Positions 37,565-44,900 of a DNA stretch of 64,000 nucleotides are shown here, piece by piece. The translations under genes were made by a program, and so were the position numbers. The notes beneath the pieces were generated by a model. The model was not told the origin of the DNA. It saw nothing but the letters and a program-made list of their open reading frames with translations, and ran no database searches. This DNA comes from an uncultured Desulfurococcaceae archaeon (GTDB lineage Archaea > Thermoproteota > Thermoprotei_A > Sulfolobales > NBVN01): the NCBI GenBank assembly GCA_964627805.1, contig CAZVLA010000013.1, forward strand, positions 2,046 to 66,045, in the 5' to 3' direction. Numbering within the stretch: position 1 is the first letter of the stretch; each line of letters starts with the position of its first letter.

Positions 37565-38302
37565 TTTCTGGAACCTTAACGCGTCATCACGCATATACAC
37601 GTTATTAAACATTACAAATATTTCATTACTGCCTCCTAAATTCTTTACAAAATCCTTAAGCTTAATTAGGTCTTCATCTTTATATCTATACCTATAATTA
37701 ACATCCTTCCCACCTATTCCGTGTAGCCTCATGTAGGTTACTTCCTTAATCACAGCTGGTGATAGTCTAAACGGATCAAATACGTGAATTATATTCTTAT
37801 TAATATTTACTAATTCACTAATTAATTGAGTGTTCTTTGTCCAATCACCTCGAAGCTCTAAACCTATTATGTAATTGCTTGAGCTTACCGATTTTAAGAA
37901 CTCGGTAGCGTTATTGAAGTTTTCCTTGGTGCATTTGAAGGCTGACGGTAGCTGAATAACTATTACTTTAGCGTTTAATGCTCTAGCACCTTCACGTACC
38001 TTCTCCCAAGCATCAAAATTCTCTTTGGTAGGTCTAAGAAATCCGTACTTATTCCAAAGATCTTTAGGAGGCTTGAATTTGGATCTTCTCCATGTAGGCA
38101 TTGATGGAGGATGCGTTATCGCTTGCCATGCCTTCATATTAAATATGAAACTCGGAGGAGCTTCACTCCTTAACTTAGCTAATCTACCGGTATCGGGGGG
38201 ATTATAGAAAGTATCTTGTAACTCGACTGTCTTAAATAGTCCATAGTACTTACTCCTACCCATAGGGAATCCACAAGTTCCTACGTAGATTACCTTACTC
38301 AT
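37550..38302 (-). CDS. DUF72-family protein
   Basis: 250 aa. The N-terminal IYVGTCGFP...FKTVELQDTFYNPP and the later VIQLP...FDPF pattern are typical of DUF72. Confidence 0.8.
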   Translation of the reverse strand: MSKVIYVGTCGFPMGRSKYYGLFKTVELQDTFYNPPDTGRLAKLRSEAPPSFIFNMKAWQAITHPPSMPTWRRSKFKPPKDLWNKYGFLRPTKENFDAWEKVREGARALNAKVIVIQLPSAFKCTKENFNNATEFLKSVSSSNYIIGLELRGDWTKNTQLISELVNINKNIIHVFDPFRLSPAVIKEVTYMRLHGIGGKDVNYRYRYKDEDLIKLKDFVKNLGGSNEIFVMFNNVYMRDDALRFQKLLTS

Positions 38303-38706
38303 TCTATTAACCTCCCTACAGACTCCATAGATAATACCGTAAGTCCTTCCTTATTAACGATGTTCTTGATGTGAATTGCCATGGCATAATCAATAACGCC
38401 AATCGTAATCGTACATACGTATTCGCCCTCTTCCTTCCGGCATCTAAATTCAATTACCTCAGTACCTTCCCTAGCAAGTTTATCTACTATATTTACTATA
38501 TCGGCAGGCTCCCTAAGCACGATTTTCATGCTAACGATTAACTCACCTGACTTAGTAACTGGCTTAATAATTATCTCTTTCCTATCCTTAGCAGTAACGA
38601 TCTCAACGTATGACTCCGGCTCAATACCTACTTCCTCCCTTATGTATAGAGGTATAGTTATCCTACCCTTACTATCAACGCGTACTATGGCCTTCATATT
38701 AACCAC
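38299..38706 (-). CDS. AbrB/SpoVT-domain DNA-binding protein with extra C-terminal domain
   Basis: 135 aa with VRVDSKGRITIPLYIREEVGI. It has a 4-nt overlap with the downstream DUF72 gene. Confidence 0.7.
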   Translation of the reverse strand: MVNMKAIVRVDSKGRITIPLYIREEVGIEPESYVEIVTAKDRKEIIIKPVTKSGELIVSMKIVLREPADIVNIVDKLAREGTEVIEFRCRKEEGEYVCTITIGVIDYAMAIHIKNIVNKEGLTVLSMESVGRLIE

Positions 38707-38783
38707 CTACTATTGTCTCATTATATTAACTCACATTAAATAAAATGTAATTAACGTTTTTTGCCTCTAACCAAAGATCTTAT

Positions 38784-38840
38784 ACGGTGATGAGCGGATC
38801 ACGGATTGACTTGGTGATGAAAACCCCGTATTACTGATTA
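38784..38840 (+). ncRNA. candidate C/D box sRNA
   Basis: C GTGATGA 38787-38793, 12-nt spacer GCGGATCACGGA, D'-like TTGA 38806-38809, C' GTGATGA 38814-38820, 13-nt spacer AAACCCCGTATTA, D CTGA 38834-38837. It abuts the stop codon of the convergent decarboxylase gene. Confidence 0.7.
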
Positions 38841-40004
38841 ATTAGAGTCAGTAACAGTTCTCTTTAAATCACTTAGAAATTCGTTGATTACCTCCTCATT
38901 AGTATGAGGCATTAAGGTTACTTTAATCCCATTAATGAATGGACACCTGTATAGGTGCCATCCTCTCCTTATAAGTTTAGTCATTACCGTGTGGTTAAGC
39001 CTACCCTTACCTAAACTAAAGCATATAATGGGTAAGTCCGGCTCCACCACCTTGCAGTTCAAGTTGATCAGAGCATCAGTTAGGTACCTAGTCAACTTAA
39101 TTAACCTATCAACAATAGCTTTAAAACCGTAAAAACCTAAGTAGTTAATACTTGCCCATAGGGCAGCTGCAGACGCTGCTGTCCTAGTCCAAAGTAAGCT
39201 ATATTGGTGTGTTTGATTTATAAAATACTTTGATTTGAAAGTGATTGGTTTTAAATAGTCGTTGTTCCTTAATATAAGAGCACCTGAAGGTATGGGCGTT
39301 AGACCCATTTTATGCCCATCAATACCTATGCAAGCTACGGTGGGTATTTTAAATCCGTAATAAGGTATACTACTGCTTTCTTCTATGAATGGCGTTATTA
39401 ATCCACCAAAAGCAGCATCAACAACTACTTCAGTATCCGGTAATTCTTCATAGAGTTGCTTAACATCATCAATAGTCCCGGTTTCTGTGTTTCCAGCCGT
39501 CAGTACTACAAACACTCTCCTCTTACCTAATTTCCGAACAACTTTAACTACGTCACTTATGCATGCTTGATTCCTTTTATTTACTCCGGTACGTACTACT
39601 CTTAACTTAAGTATCCTAGACGCCTTAAGTACGGATTCATGCGCGTTCTGCGGTACTACTACCGTGTCGTAACCGAGTTCTCTCATTATATACAGTGACG
39701 TTAAGTTAGCTTCACTACCTCCGTAGGTAATAATGCCTGCAGGAATGGGCTTATTACCGTGTAGCTCCTCTAGAGATCTAATCACTTCATCAGCTAACAA
39801 CTTAGACATTCTAAAGTACGAGTACTCATTTAGGTTCCTATCAATAAACTTCACAAAGGCGTGGAGCGATGCTTTTAACGGCTTACTCATCATAGGTCCT
39901 AAGGACTTCCTACTTCCTAACCTAGGTTCTATACTATCCAATACGTCAATTATCTGAAGTACCCGATCACCAAGTCCTCTCATAGGGAAATACTTAAGCC
40001 CCAA
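38838..40004 (-). CDS. mfnA: group II PLP-dependent decarboxylase (MfnA-like tyrosine/aspartate decarboxylase)
   Basis: 388 aa with GGSEANLTSL and the PLP-Lys context IGIDGHKMGL. Confidence 0.8.
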   Translation of the reverse strand: MGLKYFPMRGLGDRVLQIIDVLDSIEPRLGSRKSLGPMMSKPLKASLHAFVKFIDRNLNEYSYFRMSKLLADEVIRSLEELHGNKPIPAGIITYGGSEANLTSLYIMRELGYDTVVVPQNAHESVLKASRILKLRVVRTGVNKRNQACISDVVKVVRKLGKRRVFVVLTAGNTETGTIDDVKQLYEELPDTEVVVDAAFGGLITPFIEESSSIPYYGFKIPTVACIGIDGHKMGLTPIPSGALILRNNDYLKPITFKSKYFINQTHQYSLLWTRTAASAAALWASINYLGFYGFKAIVDRLIKLTRYLTDALINLNCKVVEPDLPIICFSLGKGRLNHTVMTKLIRRGWHLYRCPFINGIKVTLMPHTNEEVINEFLSDLKRTVTDSN

Positions 40005-40103
40005 CCTAAGACCCTCTTAGGTAAGTCTGAGGCTAGAAATAAATTAACGTCGTGAATACAGGTAACGAATTATGTAAGCCCTTAGAGGGGGTATCTCAAT
40101 ATG

Positions 40104-40111
40104 TTTTATAA
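40104..40111 (+). promoter_or_regulatory. TATA-like box upstream of leuS
   Basis: TTTTATAA predicts a transcription start around 40131-40137, just before the GGTG motif and the in-frame ATT 40144. Confidence 0.35.
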
Positions 40112-40143
40112 GCTAGTACCTACCTTTTAGTTTGGTGTAGCCT

Positions 40144-43110
40144 ATTGCTGAAGATAGTATTGATAAGTATATTGAATACCTTAAGAATGTAGCTAGGAAA
40201 TGGTCCGAGAAGTGGTTTAGAGATAAGGTTTATGAGGCGGATCCGAAGCCCGGTGTACCTAAGTACTTCACAACCGCAGCATTCATGTATCCTAACGCAC
40301 CAGCACATATAGGTCATGCAAGGACGTACTTAATTCCTGACATCATCGCTAGGTATAAGAGGGCTGTCGGTCATAACGTACTATTTCCGATGGCATTTCA
40401 CTACACAGGAACACCTATATTAGTAATGGCGGAGAGGATAGCATGTAATGACGAAGCATTCATTAATAAATTAGTAAGTAACTTTGGAATACCTAAGGAA
40501 GTACTAATGAAGCTTAAGGAACCACTCTCGCTTGCTAGGTACTTCCACGAAGTTAGTAAGGACGCCATGAAGTACTACGGATTAAGTATTGATTGGCGTA
40601 GGGAATTCACTACAATAGACCCTGAATTTAAGGCGTTCATAAGGTGGCAATTTAAGAAATTAAGGGATAAGGGATTTGTAACACAAGGATCACATCCGGT
40701 AGGTTGGTGTCCAAGGCATGAGATGCCTGTAGGTATGCACGATACTAAAGATGATGTTGAACCCGAGATAGAGGAATTTACTGTTATTAAGTTCCCCATG
40801 ACTGATGAAGAGTACGTACTACCGACGGCGACATTAAGGCCTGAAACAGTGCTTGGAGTAACGAATGTATGGGTTAATCCTGAGGAGGAGTATTGCTTAT
40901 GTAGAGTCTATACTAAAGAGAGTAAGGTGGAGAAGTGGGTATTAGCATGTAAGGCTGTTCATAGGCTTAAATATCAATTAACCGTAGAAGTGGAGAGTAG
41001 GATCTTAGGTAAGGAATTAATAAATAAGGAGGTAATTAACCCGGTTACTGGAAGGAAAGTTAAGGTATTGCCTGGGAGGTTCGTGAATCCTAAGTATGGA
41101 ACCGGTGTGGTTATGAGTGTACCGGCGCATGCACCTTATGATTATATAGCAATAGCTGATTACCTAGGTAACTTAAGTGATGAGTCGTGGGGCGACTTAA
41201 GACCTATACCGTTAATAAGGGTTAGCGGTTACAGTGACGTACCTGCAAGGGATGTAATTAAGAAGCTAGGTATTAAGTCACAGAATGATAAGGAACTACT
41301 TGATAAGGCTACTAAGGAGGTATATAGGGTAGAGCTAGAGAATGGGATAATGAGGGATGACGTCATTGAGTTAGTTGTTAAGGAGTTAATACCTAATATA
41401 AAGTACATCATAGAGAGTAAGGTAAGGGGTAAGAGCGTTAAGGAGGCAAGAGAAGTAATTAAGGATACCTTACTCACTTCAGGATACGGTGATGTGATTT
41501 ATGAATTAATAAATGCTCCCGTCTACTGCAGATGCGGTACTGAGGTTGTTGTTAAGTTACTAAGGAATCAATGGTTCTTGGACTACGGAAATAGTGAGTG
41601 GAAGAAATTAGCTAAGGAATTACTAAGCATGATGAGGATCATACCGGAGGAGGCACGTAATCAGTTCTTAGCAGTTATAGATTGGTTAAGAGCTAGGGCA
41701 TGTGCTAGGTCACGTGGCTTAGGTACTGAGATACCTTGGGGTGAGGGGCACTGGATAATTGAGTCCTTGAGTGACTCAACAATATACATGGCATTTTATA
41801 CTGTGGCTCATAAGATAAGGAAGTACAGGATACATCACTCAAAATTAACTGAGGAGTTCTGGGACTACGTACTATTGGGTACGGGTAATGCTGAGGAGGT
41901 GGGTAGGAAGTTAGGAATCGATCCTAATATACTTAAGGACCTAAGGACTGAATTTACGTACTGGTATCCATTGGATTCGAGGCATAGCGGTAAGGACCTA
42001 ATACCTAATCATCTATCGTTCTTCATATTCAATCACGCAGCGATATTCCCACGTGAATTATGGCCTAAGCAGATAGTAGCTAATGGCTGGGTCCTAATAC
42101 GTGGCGAGAAAATGTCGAAGTCTAAAGGTAATGTTAAGACTTTAATGGGTCTAATAGAGTCCTACTCTCCTGATGCTGTAAGACTTGCATTAGCTACTAT
42201 AGCAGAGGTTGAGCAGGATCTAAACTTCGATGAAGAATCAGTTATTAATGCGTTAATGAAGATATTAGATATAGAGTCATTAATTACCAAGCTGTATAGC
42301 GAGGCAAATAATGAAGTATATGAGTTACCAGAGAGATGGATTATGAGTAGGTTATACAGCAGTATCTCGAAGATATTAAGTGATCTAGAAAATGTGCGAA
42401 TTAGAAGTGCTGGGGTAACTACCTACTATACCATGTACTCGGACCTCAAGAAATATCTTTGGCTCTCTAAGGGGAGGGTATCTAAGTGCGTGAGAGACTA
42501 CATAAGAGAATGGATTAAGGTGATATCTTGGTTCACACCCTTCATTGCCGAGGAGTTATGGCACAGACTAGGCTTTAGCACCTACGTTGTTAAGGAGAAA
42601 TTAACTGACATAGAAGAACTTAAGAAATACTACGATCCTTTAGCTGAGCTATCTATATTCTATGCTGACGCGGTGGTTGAAGATATAAGAAGTATTATGC
42701 GCGTAGTTAAGGGTAACGTCGTCGCTGTTTACGTAGCTAATGATAGTGATTACGAGATCATTAAAGAGGCTATAGATGTAATTGAGAATAACGGTAAATT
42801 ATCAGACCTAATAAGGAAGTTAAGAAACGTAATACCTAAGTTAGGTTATAGCTTAAAAGACCTACCATTAATATCTAAGCAAATCTACGAAATAGTGAGC
42901 AAATTACCTGCAGATTTAAGGAAGTATTTAAGGAGTTTAGGTAGGTTTGATGAGAAGGAAACCCTAGAAAAGCTAAGGGGGTATATAGAAGGTAGATTAG
43001 GGATTAAAGTGACTGAAATTAAGTCTAAGGACGAGGTTAAGGTGAGTTATGGAAGAATTGAGGGTAAGTTAATACTTCCTCTAAAGCCAGCAATATTAAT
43101 CAAGCAATAA
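40144..43110 (+). CDS. leuS: leucyl-tRNA synthetase; start codon uncertain
   Basis: It has the HIGH motif NAPAHIGH, the KMSKS motif GEKMSKSKGN and a large CP1 editing insertion. The frame is open from 40141 and the first canonical start is ATG 40285, only 8 codons before HIGH. The upstream in-frame sequence ...ARKWSEKWFRDKVYEADPKPGVPKYFTTAAF is LeuRS-like. ATT 40144 is used as a provisional start. Confidence 0.95.
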   Translation: MAEDSIDKYIEYLKNVARKWSEKWFRDKVYEADPKPGVPKYFTTAAFMYPNAPAHIGHARTYLIPDIIARYKRAVGHNVLFPMAFHYTGTPILVMAERIACNDEAFINKLVSNFGIPKEVLMKLKEPLSLARYFHEVSKDAMKYYGLSIDWRREFTTIDPEFKAFIRWQFKKLRDKGFVTQGSHPVGWCPRHEMPVGMHDTKDDVEPEIEEFTVIKFPMTDEEYVLPTATLRPETVLGVTNVWVNPEEEYCLCRVYTKESKVEKWVLACKAVHRLKYQLTVEVESRILGKELINKEVINPVTGRKVKVLPGRFVNPKYGTGVVMSVPAHAPYDYIAIADYLGNLSDESWGDLRPIPLIRVSGYSDVPARDVIKKLGIKSQNDKELLDKATKEVYRVELENGIMRDDVIELVVKELIPNIKYIIESKVRGKSVKEAREVIKDTLLTSGYGDVIYELINAPVYCRCGTEVVVKLLRNQWFLDYGNSEWKKLAKELLSMMRIIPEEARNQFLAVIDWLRARACARSRGLGTEIPWGEGHWIIESLSDSTIYMAFYTVAHKIRKYRIHHSKLTEEFWDYVLLGTGNAEEVGRKLGIDPNILKDLRTEFTYWYPLDSRHSGKDLIPNHLSFFIFNHAAIFPRELWPKQIVANGWVLIRGEKMSKSKGNVKTLMGLIESYSPDAVRLALATIAEVEQDLNFDEESVINALMKILDIESLITKLYSEANNEVYELPERWIMSRLYSSISKILSDLENVRIRSAGVTTYYTMYSDLKKYLWLSKGRVSKCVRDYIREWIKVISWFTPFIAEELWHRLGFSTYVVKEKLTDIEELKKYYDPLAELSIFYADAVVEDIRSIMRVVKGNVVAVYVANDSDYEIIKEAIDVIENNGKLSDLIRKLRNVIPKLGYSLKDLPLISKQIYEIVSKLPADLRKYLRSLGRFDEKETLEKLRGYIEGRLGIKVTEIKSKDEVKVSYGRIEGKLILPLKPAILIKQ

Positions 43111-43140
43111 ACTCTTTTATCCTTCATAGAAAATACGTAT

Positions 43141-43197
43141 TAGATGATGCCACGATGGGCGGACTGAGTAAGTGATGAACCACTGTAGCGCTGATGT
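43141..43197 (+). ncRNA. candidate C/D box sRNA
   Basis: C-like ATGATGC 43144-43150, spacer CACGATGGGCGGA, D' CTGA 43164-43167, C' GTGATGA 43172-43178, 12-nt spacer ACCACTGTAGCG, D CTGA 43191-43194. It lies 30 nt after the leuS stop. Confidence 0.65.
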
Positions 43198-43219
43198 AAT
43201 TACCTTCATGGTTAGGGAT

Positions 43220-43480
43220 TCATTTACTAATGAGTTTACTTCTTATCTTTCTGGATATCTTGTACCAGCTAAGTAACCATAGAGCATTAACTACTAGGAA
43301 GAGTATCGTAGTTACTATTTGGGATAGAATAAGCAAAATGTAGTTATACCTAAACATAGCGGAGAATCTCCGTAGCTGAATTATTACTAAGGGCTGTATA
43401 GCTATCCATGCAATTGCGTATATCGATAGTAACGAAGGTATTACAGCTGCCTTTAACGCGTCCCTAACCATCTTAAGCAC
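43220..43480 (-). CDS. small membrane protein, function unknown
   Basis: 86 aa with two or three hydrophobic helices and a basic C-terminus. No motif is recognised. Confidence 0.35.
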   Translation of the reverse strand: MLKMVRDALKAAVIPSLLSIYAIAWIAIQPLVIIQLRRFSAMFRYNYILLILSQIVTTILFLVVNALWLLSWYKISRKIRSKLISK

Positions 43481-43520
43481 CCTAGGTATAGCCTTAAATA
43501 TATTCCAAATAATTTTAATA

Positions 43521-43577
43521 AGGAGTGATGAATACCTCCGGTCCTGATAAGTGATGTGAAGGCATTTGCCTGATTAA
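43521..43577 (+). ncRNA. candidate C/D box sRNA
   Basis: This is a textbook layout. C GTGATGA 43525-43531, 12-nt spacer ATACCTCCGGTC, D' CTGA 43544-43547, 3 nt, C' GTGATGT 43551-43557, 12-nt spacer GAAGGCATTTGC, D CTGA 43570-43573. Confidence 0.8.
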
Positions 43578-43726
43578 TCACTTATAAGGGGTAAGCAGCG
43601 TGGGTTTCTCATCATATTCTAAAGTCAGCGCTTATAGACCCAGCCCATCCCCCCAAGCAGAAAAATTTACTTCGTGTCTTTAAATGTTAAATCCTTTCGT
43701 TTCGATTCTTCCTATAGGGTACGAGA

Positions 43727-44410
43727 ATGAAGTGGAGCCCTGGAAGGAAATATAGAGAGTTAAGGATAAGGTTGGATGCTGTGGAGTCGCTAGCGGCTAT
43801 TAAGGACGTATTCTCATATGATGAGTTATCTCCACTTCTAGGATTGCCAGCTTCAGTTTTAAGTAGGTACTATCAGGGTAGTATGATACCTAACGTTGAG
43901 ACAGCTAAGACTATGTTAAACGTATTTCTATCTAAGGAATTTGCTAGAAACTTTATTTATAAAGCGATCCATGAGAAGTACGGCGGTAGTTTATGTAGGT
44001 TACTGAGTAACTCAAAGATCATGAAATACGTTAGCCTCTACATGTATAGTAGGATAATCGATAAGTTAGCAGGAAGTAAAGTATCGGTAATTCTGTCACC
44101 TCCTAATTACTCCCTAGCTATGGCCTCAATAATAGCTCAGAGATTCGGGATTAACGTAGTACTAATGACTAACTACTTATACGGAGGATTAAGAAGTAAC
44201 GTGTCTGATGTTAAGGTATCTTCACTGCATCACGGAAATATAGCTGTAGCTATATTCATGACCTTCAGTAAGGACGATCTCGCAGCTATTAAGGAATTCA
44301 TAAGTAAGTATAGACTAGAGCTTAAGCTTATTGAGACCATAGTATTAGCCGATATAATCCCCAAAGATCAATTACCTATAGGTGCTGAGATTGAGTACAT
44401 ACTACCGTAG
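43727..44410 (+). CDS. putative HTH protein with phosphoribosyltransferase-like C-terminal domain (degenerate PRPP motif)
   Basis: 227 aa. The N-terminal SYDELSPLLGLPASVLSRYYQG is HTH-like. The C-terminal KVSVILSPPNYSLAMASIIAQRFGINVV...GNIAVAIFMTFS resembles a type I PRTase fold without the acidic/TG motif. Confidence 0.45.
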   Translation: MKWSPGRKYRELRIRLDAVESLAAIKDVFSYDELSPLLGLPASVLSRYYQGSMIPNVETAKTMLNVFLSKEFARNFIYKAIHEKYGGSLCRLLSNSKIMKYVSLYMYSRIIDKLAGSKVSVILSPPNYSLAMASIIAQRFGINVVLMTNYLYGGLRSNVSDVKVSSLHHGNIAVAIFMTFSKDDLAAIKEFISKYRLELKLIETIVLADIIPKDQLPIGAEIEYILP

Positions 44411-44422
44411 TAGAGATAGTTG

Positions 44423-44519
<97 letters not shown>

Positions 44520-44606
44520 TGCCGCACTGTACTTTTTTTAAGTCGGTAAAAATAGGTTCCGGATATTCGCTTATGGTTAAGTTACTTGTATTTTAAGGGT
44601 TAAAGC

Positions 44607-44614
44607 TTATAATT
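44607..44614 (+). promoter_or_regulatory. TATA-like box upstream of the rpoH-rpoB-rpoA operon
   Basis: TTATAATT lies 38 nt upstream of ATG 44652, which is itself preceded by GGTGGTGA (SD-like). Confidence 0.4.
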
Positions 44615-44651
44615 AGTGTATCGGAATCCCGAATAGTTGAGTGGTGGTGAT

Positions 44652-44900
44652 ATGCCCAGTAAAAAGAGATTTAAGGTAATTGAGCATGAGTTAGTCCCTA
44701 AGCATGAAGTCTTAAGTCCCGAGGAAGCAGTTAAGGTACTGAAGGAGTTAGGGGTAACTCCGGAGATGCTTCCTTGGTTACGTGCCTCAGACCCTGTAGC
44801 TAAGGAGATAGGTGCTAAGCCTGGAGACATAGTTAGGATTGAGCGTAGATCTCCAACGGCGGGTAAGGTAATTGTTTACAGATTCGTTGTTGCTGGGTGA
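44652..44900 (+). CDS. rpoH: DNA-directed RNA polymerase subunit H (Rpo5)
   Basis: 82 aa from ATG 44652 (the track begins at TTG 44637). Motifs are [19 protein letters not shown] and [25 protein letters not shown]. Confidence 0.9.
   Translation: MPSKKRFKVIEHELVPKHEVLSPEEAVKVLKELGVTPEMLPWLRASDPVAKEIGAKPGDIVRIERRSPTAGKVIVYRFVVAG

Noticed and set aside
40135-40140. A GTG start followed by in-frame TAG in leuS, considered as programmed stop-codon readthrough or pyrrolysine.
   Set aside because: There is no supporting evidence in the window, such as pyl genes or a recoding structure. Such recoding is not known to me in Crenarchaeota. It is kept only as a low-probability alternative within the leuS start-codon finding.
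40120-40317. A 65-aa minus-strand ORF overlapping the leuS 5' region.
   Set aside because: The + strand frame across the same bases encodes recognisable LeuRS N-terminal sequence. The minus ORF has no motif and an odd Cys/Arg-rich composition.
43593-43650. A minus-strand ATGATGA (complement of 43609-43615) with a nearby CTGA (complement of 43625-43628), considered as an eighth C/D sRNA.
   Set aside because: The box order and spacing do not give a C-D'-C'-D layout. The positions where the terminal C and D boxes should sit read GGATGGG and CTGC.
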